DNA of 64,000 nucleotides, from the IMG/VR virus record IMGVR_UViG_3300045391_006539; one strand, given 5' to 3'. Source of the DNA: a virus. Lineage: Duplodnaviria; Caudoviricetes. The position numbers and the translations under genes are program-made. The notes under the pieces were generated by a model. That model worked only from the letters and a program-made list of their open reading frames with translations, had not been told where the DNA came from and did not search any database. Below are positions 9,098 to 18,577 of this stretch, piece after piece; position 1 is the first letter of the stretch, and every line of letters begins with the position of its first letter.

Positions 9098-9848
9098 GAA
9101 GACCGCCGGCGTCGCCGCTCCCGCCACGGGTCTCCGTCGGGGGCTGCAGCTCATCTCGGGCAGCCGTCTCGGGCAGCTCGAGCAGGCAGCGGCGCAGCGG
9201 GGCGCGGTGGCCGCGCGGCAGTCGGGTCTCGCCAACCACCACTACCGGGGCGCCTTCCACGCCGCCGACGAGGCGGCGAGCAGCCGCCTCTACCAGCGCT
9301 CGCTCACGAGTGCTCGGGGCTCGGCTCGGACCCATGGTGCCGCCGAGCGCGCCCAGCGCGCGCTCGGGGCGGAGCGGGCCGCAGTGCAGGGCGCTCGGGG
9401 TACGGCGCTTCGGGCTGCTGGCGCCGGGGCGCTCGGGGTGGGTGGAGGTGCGATGGGCATGAACGCCGCCGAGGGTGGCCCCAAGCTCGCGAGCCCCCTG
9501 ACGGCCACCGTGGCCTCGGGCAAGCGCCTGGTCTCGGGGGCGGTCGACGCCCTCGGGAGCACCATGGCAGCGGCTCCCAAGGCCATCTCGGGCGTCGTGC
9601 CCAAGGCGGTCGCCAGCGAGGCAGCGACCGCCGCGGGTAGCCGGCAGGCGGCGCGCGCCGTGGCGAACGAGCGTCGGGTGGCGCAGGCTGCTCGAGCAGC
9701 GGCACCCCCCGTGCCACCACCGGCCGCACCGGTGGCAGCCCCGGCCCTCGACCCGCGCGCTCGCGCACGGCGCATCATCGGCGGCGTGGGTCTCGGGGGT
9801 CTCGGTCTCGGCGCGGTCGCCGCCCACGGTCAACCCGAGGCACGCTGA
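9083..9848 (+). other. Candidate +1 frameshift site CCC-TTT-C and extension frame (fusion ~509 aa)
   Basis: +1 frame open 9054-9848 with no ATG/GTG/TTG before 9207; reads F-T-A-E-K-T-A-G right after the site. Confidence 0.5.
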
Positions 9849-9851
9849 GAC

Positions 9852-10748
9852 GTGGCCATCGGCATCTCCGTCGACGACGTGGTCGTGCGTTCCCTGGACG
9901 TCGACCACTTCGAAGTCTCCTGGAAGCTCAAGCCGACGAGTCAGGACATTCTGGACTACACGTTCCAGGTCCTGCGCTCGGAGGCGGCGATGGGTCCCTT
10001 CGAAGCGGTCTCGGCGGAGATGGACGACCGGTTCTTCTTTGTCGACAACCGCATCGCCAGCGGCAACGACTTCCGGCAGTGGTTCTACACCATCCGGGTC
10101 AAGGACAAGCAGTCGGGCGACACCAAGGACTTCGGTCCCGTCTCGCCCGGTGCTGACGCAGACCTCATCGCCGCGGAGCTGCGCAAACACATCAACCTGC
10201 TGATGCAGGAGTTCATCGGGCGCAGGTGCTGGGTCTTCCCCGTACGCACCTTCGGTCAACGCTGCTCGTGCTGGAACCCGACGTTGCAGAAGCGCACGCG
10301 GAGCCACTGCCTCACTTGCTACGATACGGGCTTCGTGCGCGGCTATATGACGCCCATCGAAGTCTGGGCCAGCATCGACCCGGATACGAAGAACGAGCAG
10401 AACATGACGCTGGGTCCGACCCAGCAGAGCAACACCTCGGCGAAGCTCGGCTTCTTCCCACCCGTCAAACCGCGCGACGTCATCGTCGAGGCGGAGAACA
10501 TTCGCTGGCGCATCGTGACCGTGGGTGGGACCGAGCAGGTGCGTGCCCAAGTGCACCAGGAAATCACCCTGCACAAGATTCCCTCGACGGACATCGAGTA
10601 TCGACTACCACTCGACCCGGGCGGCGCGCTGCAGAACTTGTGGCTCTCGCCACCTCGGAACTTCAGCAACCCCCACAACTATGAGGGCTTCACGTCCGAG
10701 GACTACATCAACGCCCAGCGTCTATACACCTCGCGGTTCCCCCAGTGA
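9852..10748 (+). CDS. Putative head-closure/neck protein with Zn-ribbon insertion
   Basis: FN3-like N-terminus; RCSCW..HCLTCYDTGF..GY; PVKPRDVIVE..RWRIV barrel; between head and tail genes. Confidence 0.55.
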   Translation: MAIGISVDDVVVRSLDVDHFEVSWKLKPTSQDILDYTFQVLRSEAAMGPFEAVSAEMDDRFFFVDNRIASGNDFRQWFYTIRVKDKQSGDTKDFGPVSPGADADLIAAELRKHINLLMQEFIGRRCWVFPVRTFGQRCSCWNPTLQKRTRSHCLTCYDTGFVRGYMTPIEVWASIDPDTKNEQNMTLGPTQQSNTSAKLGFFPPVKPRDVIVEAENIRWRIVTVGGTEQVRAQVHQEITLHKIPSTDIEYRLPLDPGGALQNLWLSPPRNFSNPHNYEGFTSEDYINAQRLYTSRFPQ

Positions 10749-11134
10749 TGGACAAGTTTTCGCACTGCCTCGACGTTCTCTCCAAACTGGCGGAGCTCGC
10801 GCCCGACCCCATCAAACCGTCGCCGCCAGACCCGCAGATGCCCCCGGGTCGAGCGCTCAGCCTCGCCAAGACGCTCGGCGTCGGGACACTCGGCCTCGGT
10901 GCCGGTTATCTGGCGGGTGCAGGTCTCGGCAAGGGCATCGAGTACGTGATGGGGCAGCAAGGTGAGAATCCGGCCAGTGCTGCACGCGTCATCGCGCCCG
11001 TGGCGGGCGCCGCCGCCGGTATCATCTATCCTCTCTGGAAGGAACGGGAGCAGCAGGTGCTCCGTCAGGCGGTAGAAAAACGACATGCCTACGAGAGTGC
11101 ACGAAACCAAAACAGGGGCAGGCTTCCCGGGTAG
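10745..11134 (+). CDS. Small K-x-A / Gly-zipper protein
   Basis: FSHCLDVLSKLAE leader; two Gly/Ala hydrophobic segments. Confidence 0.55.
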   Translation: MMDKFSHCLDVLSKLAELAPDPIKPSPPDPQMPPGRALSLAKTLGVGTLGLGAGYLAGAGLGKGIEYVMGQQGENPASAARVIAPVAGAAAGIIYPLWKEREQQVLRQAVEKRHAYESARNQNRGRLPG

Positions 11135-11975
11135 TAGTTTCAAGTACACCCCCCTGCAGCACGTGCGCGTGCTGTGCATCAGCTTCGTTCAGGGCCTCTT
11201 CGCCGAGGCCCCACCGGGTAACTACCGCTGGAGTCCCGATGACGAGCTCAGCGAAATCGTCATTCGTGACGAGAGTCCCATCCAAGTGCGGACCGTGGGT
11301 ATGCGCCCCGCCATCAACTTCACGATGGGTAAGGTCAGCTTCTACAGCCTGGGCATGGATGACATGTTCACCTACGACTTCGATATCGGTCGCAAGGTGA
11401 AGGTAGTCCTGATACCTGGCACGATGAACATCAATGTCTGCTCACGGGTAGACATCGAGGCGCACAATCTGGCATGGGTCGTCTCCGAGCATCTCTGGCT
11501 CTTGCGCGAGCTCTTGCTCAAGGCCGGCTTCTTCGAGATTGGTCGGGGCATCGACGTCTCTCCGCCTTCTCCCGCAGGTTCCATCGTCGCCAATGACTCG
11601 GGTGACGAGTGGTACTGCTCGTCTCTCACGCTGCCCTTCCAGTTCAATCGCAAGAGCGCCTTCACGCCACTCGGTGACAAGATTGCCGAAAGCATCGCAC
11701 TACGCGTGCGCAGTCAGCTCGGTCTCATCGAAGAGGGGCGGGGTGGACCCGCGCTCGCGGGTCACGAGTACCCCGTGAAGGTCTCGACGCAGTTCCCGCC
11801 TTCGTTCGCGCCTCAGGCGAGCGACGTCTACGGCAAGACACCCGACCCAGCGGGTACACGGAACTACCAACTGCCCGTTGCACCGCACCCGCTCAACCCG
11901 AGCAAGCTCGTCGTCATCGAGACCGTGCGTCCCTGGGCAGCGAGTGCTCCGCCTCGTGGTAGACGCATCGTGTAG
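11085..11975 (+). CDS. Putative tail terminator/completion protein
   Basis: Immediately before the sheath; RPAINF and MNINVCSR..EAHNLAW.V patterns like tail-completion folds. Confidence 0.5.
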   Translation: MPTRVHETKTGAGFPGSSFKYTPLQHVRVLCISFVQGLFAEAPPGNYRWSPDDELSEIVIRDESPIQVRTVGMRPAINFTMGKVSFYSLGMDDMFTYDFDIGRKVKVVLIPGTMNINVCSRVDIEAHNLAWVVSEHLWLLRELLLKAGFFEIGRGIDVSPPSPAGSIVANDSGDEWYCSSLTLPFQFNRKSAFTPLGDKIAESIALRVRSQLGLIEEGRGGPALAGHEYPVKVSTQFPPSFAPQASDVYGKTPDPAGTRNYQLPVAPHPLNPSKLVVIETVRPWAASAPPRGRRIV

Positions 11976-12057
11976 GAGAGGGGTGGTCTTCCCTTAATTC
12001 GAGGCTGCGTGGAAGGATTCCCCTCGACGACATGCACAGTCGAGAAGGAGCCGACCA

Positions 12058-15000
12058 ATGAGCGTCCAGCTTGCGCAGCCAGGGGTAGAAATCATCCAGG
12101 AGTTTCAGGCTGCGAGTCCCAGCATCATCACGCCGGCGCTCTTGCCCAACGTGGTCGGTGTCGCCAAGCAAGTCGTGGGACTCAATGTCTCCGACGGTGC
12201 GGGTGGTACGACGCTCAACCCGGACGCGCTACTCCAGCTGCCTGCGCAGTTCACGGCACTCGCCGGTAGCGGTAACCCCAAGGTCTACTCGGGACTCGAT
12301 GGTCTCGACCTGGTTTTCTCCGTCAACAACGGCGTCGACATCACAGTCACCTTTGCGGGCAGCAGTCTGTCCGTCGACGACGTGGTGGCACAGGTCAACG
12401 CGGAACTCACGAGCTCGGGTGTCTCGAGCGTCATCGCCGAGACCTTGGGTGATGAGGGCAACTGGACCCTGCGCACCATCGGTACTGGGTCTTTCCAGAC
12501 CATCGTCGTCAAGGCGACGAGCGATTCGGCGGTGCTCACGGCCTTTGGCATTGGCGCAGGCAAGACCTACGCGGGACTCACTGTCTACAACCAGTACGAA
12601 GTGGTGGTGCCGCCAGCGAGTCTGCCCGACCCGCGTGACAACCTGGCAGAGCTCGCCGTCGAGCAGGACAGCATCCGGGTCTTCTTCTCGCTCGGCGGGT
12701 CCGCGGGGGTGTATGAAGCACTGCGCACCGAGGCCTTCCTCAAAAATGGCGAGGTCAATGATGCGGCCGTCATCACGGGCAACGTCTCGCTCGCAGGCCT
12801 GACCCTGCCGGGTGACATTGGTACGGGCACGTTGATGATTTCGGTCGATGGCGGCGCGGCCCAGACCGTCACTTTCAGCAACCCAGCCAACCCCGCCGCC
12901 ATCGTCAGCCAGATTGCCGGGCAGCTCACGGGTGCGACTCCGTCCCAGTCGGGCAACTTCCTGCGTCTCACGACGACGAGTCTCGGCGCCGATGCCTCCG
13001 TGACCATCACGGGCGGCTCGGTCGCGAGTACGCTCGGTGTCTCGGGTCTGACCGATACGGGCGAGAGCATCCAAGCCATCGACGACGGTGATGGTGATTC
13101 GCTCACGAGTCTGCTCAAGTTCTCGGCCGAGAGTTTCACGGCGAGCGCCACGGCGGCGGTGGTGAGTGCCTTCACGGCAGCGACCAATCCTGCCGATGGT
13201 ACGACCCTCATCCTCTCCGATGGTGGGCAGCCACAGACCATCGTCTTCGACGGCGTCGCGGCCTTTGCCGATATCCTCGCCCAAATCAACGCGGTGGTGG
13301 GCACGGTGGCAGGCGGCAAAATCACGGCGAGCGACGCGGGTTCGAGCAAGCTGCGCCTCACGCACTCGGACACGGGCAGCGACTCGGTCATCAAGATTCT
13401 GGGTGGCACGGCACTGTCTGCGCTCGACCCGAGTACCCCGACGCTGGTGGTCGGCACCTACCGGGGTACGGCCAACGTGCCACTGCCGGGTGATGCGCTC
13501 TACATCGATGGCGCTTTCTACGCCAACATCACTCAGGTGGCCCCGGGTGCAGTCGCGACCAACCTGAAAATCGACAAGCTCGTGCCGGTGAGCACGGACG
13601 TCGGCCGCTACTACTACATCGTGGCCAAGGGTCTACCGACGGCGAACCGTCCCGACCCCAATCTGGTGGTGGACGCAAACGGCAACGTCATCCTCAAGCC
13701 GGAGCAGTTGCGCGACGTCAACGGCAACCCGACGTCCGTGACGGCGCCGATGTACTTGTCCTACTCGGCGGTGCGCAAGGACGTCTCGGCGAGTGCCAAC
13801 CAGCCGGGTCTACTGGTCTTCGACGACACGGCTCAGCTCGAGGAAGTGCTCTCGCCGGTAGACTCGACCAACCCGCTCGCGCTCGGTCTGTTCTTCGCCC
13901 TGCTCAACGCACCCGGCGCGCAGGTGACGGGCCTCGGCGTGGATGAAATCAGCGACGATGCGCCCTACGGCACGCTCGACGCTTTCAGCCGCGCCGCGGG
14001 GTTTCTCGAGGGCAAGGAGGTCTACGCCATTGCGCCGTTGACCCACGACCCCTCGGTGCACCAGGTCTTCAACACCCACGTCTCGGTGATGAGCTCGCCC
14101 TCGAACAAGGCCGAGCGCGTCGCCATCATCAACGTCCAGACTCCGACCACCAAGCCTCACACGTTGGTGGCGAGCGGTGTCGGTGACCGTGCGAGCTCGA
14201 CTACGTTCGACACGGGTATCTCGAACCTGACGGCGCTGGTCTTGAACCAAGGCATCACGCCGACCGGCACCATCCCCGCCGATGAAGGTCTGTTCCTCGA
14301 CCTCGCGAGTGATGGCAACCGCTACTCCATCGAGAGCATCAGTGGTGACTCTGTCACCCTGCGCACGAGCTTCGACGCGGGCGAGAACGACGACGGGTTC
14401 TACACCGCTGCAAACCTCGCCTCGACCGTGGTGCAGACCGCCTTCACGGTCAGCGTCCGGGGTGCAGACCTCACCATCGCTGGACTGCCCGACCTCAATG
14501 GCATTGCCGACACGATTGCCACGACGGGTCGCGGCTATGGCAACCGCCGATTGTGGATGACGTTCCCCGACCAGGTGGGTGCGACCGTCAACGGGCTCGA
14601 GAGTCTGCTGCCGGGTTTCTACGCCTCGGCCGCCATCGCGGGCATGGTCGGGCAGCAGCCGCCGCAGCAGGGCTTCACGCGCTTCCCGATGGCTGGCTTC
14701 ACGCGTGTGGTGGGCAGCAACGACCGCTTCAGCACGACGCAGCTCAACGTGATGGCAGGTGGCGGCGCCTACATCCTCGTCCAGGAAGCCCCAGGCGCAC
14801 CCATCATCAGCCGCTTCGCCATCACGACGGACCTCACGTCCATCGAGGTGCGGGAGACCAGCATCACCCGCATCCTGGACTTCACGGCGAAGTTCTTGCG
14901 GCGCTCGCTGCTCAACTTCATCGGGCGCTTCAACATCACCCAGGGCTTCCTCGACACCCTCGGCAACGTCATCGAGGGTCTCGGCCAGTTCCTCATCGAG

Positions 15001-15132
15001 ACGGGCGTCCTGCTCGGCTTCAACCTGAACCAGATTCAGCAGGACAAGGACGCGCCGGACACGGTGCTCATCGATGTCACGGTCGAGGTGCCCTACCCCT
15101 GCAACTTCATCCGCCTGACGCTGGTCATCTGA
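12058..15132 (+). CDS. Contractile tail sheath protein
   Basis: N-terminal QPGVEIIQE; C-terminal SITRILDF..LR..FIGRFN..VEVPYPCNFIRLTLVI; SD AAGGAG. Confidence 0.85.
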   Translation: MSVQLAQPGVEIIQEFQAASPSIITPALLPNVVGVAKQVVGLNVSDGAGGTTLNPDALLQLPAQFTALAGSGNPKVYSGLDGLDLVFSVNNGVDITVTFAGSSLSVDDVVAQVNAELTSSGVSSVIAETLGDEGNWTLRTIGTGSFQTIVVKATSDSAVLTAFGIGAGKTYAGLTVYNQYEVVVPPASLPDPRDNLAELAVEQDSIRVFFSLGGSAGVYEALRTEAFLKNGEVNDAAVITGNVSLAGLTLPGDIGTGTLMISVDGGAAQTVTFSNPANPAAIVSQIAGQLTGATPSQSGNFLRLTTTSLGADASVTITGGSVASTLGVSGLTDTGESIQAIDDGDGDSLTSLLKFSAESFTASATAAVVSAFTAATNPADGTTLILSDGGQPQTIVFDGVAAFADILAQINAVVGTVAGGKITASDAGSSKLRLTHSDTGSDSVIKILGGTALSALDPSTPTLVVGTYRGTANVPLPGDALYIDGAFYANITQVAPGAVATNLKIDKLVPVSTDVGRYYYIVAKGLPTANRPDPNLVVDANGNVILKPEQLRDVNGNPTSVTAPMYLSYSAVRKDVSASANQPGLLVFDDTAQLEEVLSPVDSTNPLALGLFFALLNAPGAQVTGLGVDEISDDAPYGTLDAFSRAAGFLEGKEVYAIAPLTHDPSVHQVFNTHVSVMSSPSNKAERVAIINVQTPTTKPHTLVASGVGDRASSTTFDTGISNLTALVLNQGITPTGTIPADEGLFLDLASDGNRYSIESISGDSVTLRTSFDAGENDDGFYTAANLASTVVQTAFTVSVRGADLTIAGLPDLNGIADTIATTGRGYGNRRLWMTFPDQVGATVNGLESLLPGFYASAAIAGMVGQQPPQQGFTRFPMAGFTRVVGSNDRFSTTQLNVMAGGGAYILVQEAPGAPIISRFAITTDLTSIEVRETSITRILDFTAKFLRRSLLNFIGRFNITQGFLDTLGNVIEGLGQFLIETGVLLGFNLNQIQQDKDAPDTVLIDVTVEVPYPCNFIRLTLVI

Positions 15133-15140
15133 GGTCTTCG

Positions 15141-16355
15141 ATGCCCCAGAACACGGCACCCATCGCCCTCATCCGCAAGCTCGCGGCTGAGGGCGCGCCG
15201 GCGGAAGTCCCCGAGGGCTATGAGAAGCAGCTCGGCAAGGACTACCAGCGCACGCATCAGAAGCACGTTCAACGTACGGCTCTGCCCACGACCCTCGGTG
15301 CCCTCGGGGGCGCCATCGGTGGCGGTATCCTGAGCGAGCGGCTCACGCGCACGAAGCTGCCTGCGCTCGACTTCATGGGGCAAACGCTCTTACCCGAGTC
15401 CCACATCGCTGGTGACCCGTTCATCGGCGCGCTCGGTGGTGGCGTCATGGGCGGCGCGCTCGGTCATGCTGCAGCCCACCTCTCACCGGAGACCCGGAAA
15501 CTTCGCGACAAGATGCAGTCCATCCAGACCGAGCGTGACGCCCTTGGCGCACGTACGCCCGGGTCTACGACGGTCCTGACCGACGAGAACCTCGACCGGG
15601 ACCGGTACGGGGAGCTCCGTGCCGATGCAGCGCAGGCTCGCCTGAACCTCCGTGAGGCGGGCAAGCCCACACGCGTGGGCGCAGGGCTCGGCGCGCTCGC
15701 TGGGGCAGGTGCCGGTCTGCTCTCGGGTTATCGTGCCAGTGGTGGCAGAGCGTCAGAGATGGCGGCTCACGGACTCCTCGGAACGAGCTTGGGAATCGGC
15801 GCCGGCGCCATCGGCGGCTCGTTGGCCTCTGGACGCTCTTTTCCTCTGGCAATCAGGCGGCAAATCCAGACCGAGGAAGCCCGGCAGCGCTTCCGTCGGG
15901 GCGCGCAGACGCTCGACGCAGAGAAGGAAGCGGCCGCGCGCGCCAACTTCGACAGTCTCTTCGTGGGCCCAGACCCCACACTCGAGGAGACCATCGACGA
16001 GCTCAAGTTCGCGGCCATCGCAGACCCCGAGCTCTTGAAGGTGGCCTACGTGCTCGCCGAAGACGACTTGCTCACGACCTACGAGGCGCTCGGTGGCATC
16101 TACAAGGTCGCCTTTGGTCAGCAGATGTTCGACACGAAGCAGCTCGCGGGTAGTCCTGCCCTCGCCGGTGGCATGAACCAGCGCGCCTCGACCGCCACTC
16201 CCACGCTCGCCCAGCCGGGTGCTCAAGCGCCGCAGTCGCCAGCGGCCCCCAAGGTGCCCACCAGTCAGCCGTCACAGGGTTCGAGCGCTCCTTCTGCTGC
16301 TTCGGCGACGTCCGCACCGTCGACCCCCGGTGCCACGACAATCACCGTGGGTTGA
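15141..16355 (+). CDS. K-x-A / Gly-zipper protein between sheath and tube
   Basis: Start re-called to ATG 15141 (MPQNTAPIALIRKLAA); four GxxxG-type segments; LKFAA, LKVAY, YKVAF. Confidence 0.65.
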   Translation: MPQNTAPIALIRKLAAEGAPAEVPEGYEKQLGKDYQRTHQKHVQRTALPTTLGALGGAIGGGILSERLTRTKLPALDFMGQTLLPESHIAGDPFIGALGGGVMGGALGHAAAHLSPETRKLRDKMQSIQTERDALGARTPGSTTVLTDENLDRDRYGELRADAAQARLNLREAGKPTRVGAGLGALAGAGAGLLSGYRASGGRASEMAAHGLLGTSLGIGAGAIGGSLASGRSFPLAIRRQIQTEEARQRFRRGAQTLDAEKEAAARANFDSLFVGPDPTLEETIDELKFAAIADPELLKVAYVLAEDDLLTTYEALGGIYKVAFGQQMFDTKQLAGSPALAGGMNQRASTATPTLAQPGAQAPQSPAAPKVPTSQPSQGSSAPSAASATSAPSTPGATTITVG

Positions 16356-16361
16356 TAGAAT
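16353..16361 (+). promoter_or_regulatory. Extended -10 promoter (TGA-TAGAAT) for the tail tube gene
   Basis: TGnTANNNT followed by a short leader with SD AGGAG. Confidence 0.5.
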
Positions 16362-16378
16362 CGGACTAGGAGACGAGA

Positions 16379-17134
16379 ATGGCCGGTAACTACAGTGATT
16401 GGGCTCCATACACCAACTACGTCCAGTCGGGTATGGTGGACGGGGCGTACGCGAACGCCGGGTTCACGCTGCTCGCCGCAGGCCCGCCACGCATCGCCAA
16501 CATCGGCGGTGCGGCTGCCTTTGCACAGTCCCTCAATGGGCAGGGGGCGAATCAAATCGTCTTCCCCATCGGCATCGTCCAGAACTTCAGCCTGAGCCAC
16601 AGCCGCAACTTCTCGCGCATCTTCGAGATTGGCTCCGAGCGCAGCTACTTCATCGGTGGCCGCACCATCGGGCAGCTGGGTCTGGCGCGCATCTACTACC
16701 ACGGTGCGTCTCTCCTGCGCGTGCTCTACGCGTACTACCAGGACCTCTTGCCGCCCACGGTGGTGCCGGCGATGTTCCCGAATGCGGGCGCGTCGGTGAT
16801 GAGCAACCCGCACGACGTGGTCATCCCTCCGGGATACGAGAACCTGTACATGAACCTGGCCTCGGACTTGTTCGCGCAGCCCGTGGGTATCATGATGTAC
16901 GTGCGTGACGTCAACCAGGACGCCCTGGGCGCGATGTACTTCGAGGCCTGCTACCTGCCGAATCACAACTGGCAGACCGACAGTCAGGGCGTGCTCATTC
17001 AGGAGAGCGTCTCGGTCCAGTTCGAGCGCGCGGTGCCCGTCGCCATCTCGGCGCTGCAGCTCATCTCGAGCGCCAACCAGAATGCGGGTGGCGCGAACCT
17101 CTCCGAGACCTTCATGGGCATCCCGCAGAGCTGA
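16379..17134 (+). CDS. Tail tube protein
   Basis: IGIVQNFSLSHSR..RIFEIGS and YFEACY..NW..GVLIQESVSVQFE tube-fold patterns; follows the sheath. Confidence 0.75.
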   Translation: MAGNYSDWAPYTNYVQSGMVDGAYANAGFTLLAAGPPRIANIGGAAAFAQSLNGQGANQIVFPIGIVQNFSLSHSRNFSRIFEIGSERSYFIGGRTIGQLGLARIYYHGASLLRVLYAYYQDLLPPTVVPAMFPNAGASVMSNPHDVVIPPGYENLYMNLASDLFAQPVGIMMYVRDVNQDALGAMYFEACYLPNHNWQTDSQGVLIQESVSVQFERAVPVAISALQLISSANQNAGGANLSETFMGIPQS

Positions 17135-17523
17135 TGGCAGCCAAGCCCTACACCCTGAGCGCACTCATCCGCCTCCCGCCCGATGATGGGCAGGAGGCGG
17201 GCGTCCGTGAGTTCTCCACTGCAGGGGTCTTCTCCCACAAAGTGGAGGCCGAGCTCGTCTTCACGGGAACGGGTACCCACGTGGTGAACTTCGGGAGCAT
17301 CCCGAGCACCGGTGCGAAGGCCATCCTGCTCGAGTACGAAGCGACCGACAGCTCCGACCAAGACCCGCTGCTCGTGAGCCTCAACGGCAGTGAAGACACG
17401 TTCCCGGTCTTCTCGGGTGGTGGTCTGATGCTCAGCAATCCCCTACCCGCCGGTGCCGGTGTCACGGCGCTCAGTGTCACGTATGCAGCCGCCTGCATCG
17501 TGAAAGTCACCCTGCTGGCGTAG
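17134..17523 (+). CDS. Hypothetical beta-rich protein
   Basis: TGATG overlap with the tube gene. Confidence 0.55.
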   Translation: MAAKPYTLSALIRLPPDDGQEAGVREFSTAGVFSHKVEAELVFTGTGTHVVNFGSIPSTGAKAILLEYEATDSSDQDPLLVSLNGSEDTFPVFSGGGLMLSNPLPAGAGVTALSVTYAAACIVKVTLLA

Positions 17524-17528
17524 TTCAC

Positions 17529-17900
17529 ATGTTCCTCGCACTCCTTCAGCCGGTGGCGCAAGTCCCGGCTGAAGTCGCGGCCAAGGCGGGGACTACACTG
17601 ATAGAGAGCGGCATACTCGGTACGCTGCTCGTCGTCAGCGTACTCGGTAACGCGGCTCTCATCTGGCTCGCTCTCCGCACCATGAACAAGCGGGTGGAGG
17701 ACGGCAAAGCCCTGCATGCCCTGAGCGAGAAGATGGTAACTACCTTCGCCAGCATGGAGACGGCAGTCGAAGACCTGAACGACGCAGACAAGGCTCAGAC
17801 TATGGCTCTTCAATCCATGAAGAGCACGCTCGACACACTGCTCATGAGCATGGCTGTTCGTGGCGTACCGAACAACCACCCGCCGGGCAAGGTGCGGTGA
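17529..17900 (+). CDS. Membrane protein, holin-like
   Basis: Hydrophobic GILGTLLVVSVLGNAALIWLAL followed by a coiled coil. Confidence 0.45.
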   Translation: MFLALLQPVAQVPAEVAAKAGTTLIESGILGTLLVVSVLGNAALIWLALRTMNKRVEDGKALHALSEKMVTTFASMETAVEDLNDADKAQTMALQSMKSTLDTLLMSMAVRGVPNNHPPGKVR

Positions 17901-18097
17901 TGCTCCAGGCTCTGCTACGGTATCTGGGACTCGATGCCGAGAGCAAACGGCAACGAGCGGAGACGAAAGAACGCCTCGACCGCGCCAATTCACAGCTCGA
18001 CTTGCTTCAGAAGAAGCTCGAAGAGACCAGCCAGAACTCTTTGAAGGAGCAGAAGGCGATTCACAAGACCTTGAGCCAAGGTGGCAGCCGTGGATGA
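17897..18097 (+). CDS. Small coiled-coil protein
   Basis: GTGA overlap; helical and charged. Confidence 0.5.
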   Translation: MMLQALLRYLGLDAESKRQRAETKERLDRANSQLDLLQKKLEETSQNSLKEQKAIHKTLSQGGSRG

Positions 18098-18572
18098 AGA
18101 CACCAGACCCGTAGACCGTGACATCTTGCGTCAGGCCATTGCTGCTTTGCGCGAGGTCAACGCCAATCTCGAGAGCGTGATGCTCCGTAACGACAAGGTC
18201 ATCCGCCGGCAGAACTGGCTCACGGGGCTGTTCCTACTGTCGCTCGGCATGCTCGGTGGGCAGCTCTTCCTGGGCCTTTCTCAGCAGGCGCTGCAGGAGT
18301 CGGCCAAGACCCAGCTCGCCGCACAGGAGCAAGGGCGCATCGAGATGCAGCGCGCGCTCGAGGCGGCCAAGATTCAGGTGCGCGAGCTCGAGACGTCGAT
18401 GAAGCAGCAGCTCCAGGCCGTGCCCACGGTGACGAGTGACAAGGCGGGGCGGCTCAGTCTCGAGGTACCACTCGACGACGCCACCAAACAGGCGGTGAGT
18501 GCGACTCCCACACTCCCTCCCGAGAAGGTGGTGATACCCTTGAAGCCGTCACAGGCGAAGCTCTCGAACTGA
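18090..18572 (+). CDS. Single-pass membrane coiled-coil protein (possible lysis accessory)
   Basis: TM WLTGLFLLSLGMLGGQLFLGL then coiled coil; start GTG 18090 or 18081. Confidence 0.45.
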   Translation: MDEDTRPVDRDILRQAIAALREVNANLESVMLRNDKVIRRQNWLTGLFLLSLGMLGGQLFLGLSQQALQESAKTQLAAQEQGRIEMQRALEAAKIQVRELETSMKQQLQAVPTVTSDKAGRLSLEVPLDDATKQAVSATPTLPPEKVVIPLKPSQAKLSN

Positions 18573-18577
18573 GGTCT

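Noticed and set aside
14553-15140. N-terminal 196 aa of the 600-aa ORF 14553-16355
   Set aside because: Out-of-frame overlap with the sheath C-terminus; protein-like sequence starts at ATG 15141
1725-15159. Long antisense ORFs (1725-2855, 6630-7547, 9012-10574, 12229-13365, 13810-15159 and similar)
   Set aside because: Shadows of high-GC3 sense genes; no SD and no recognisable motifs
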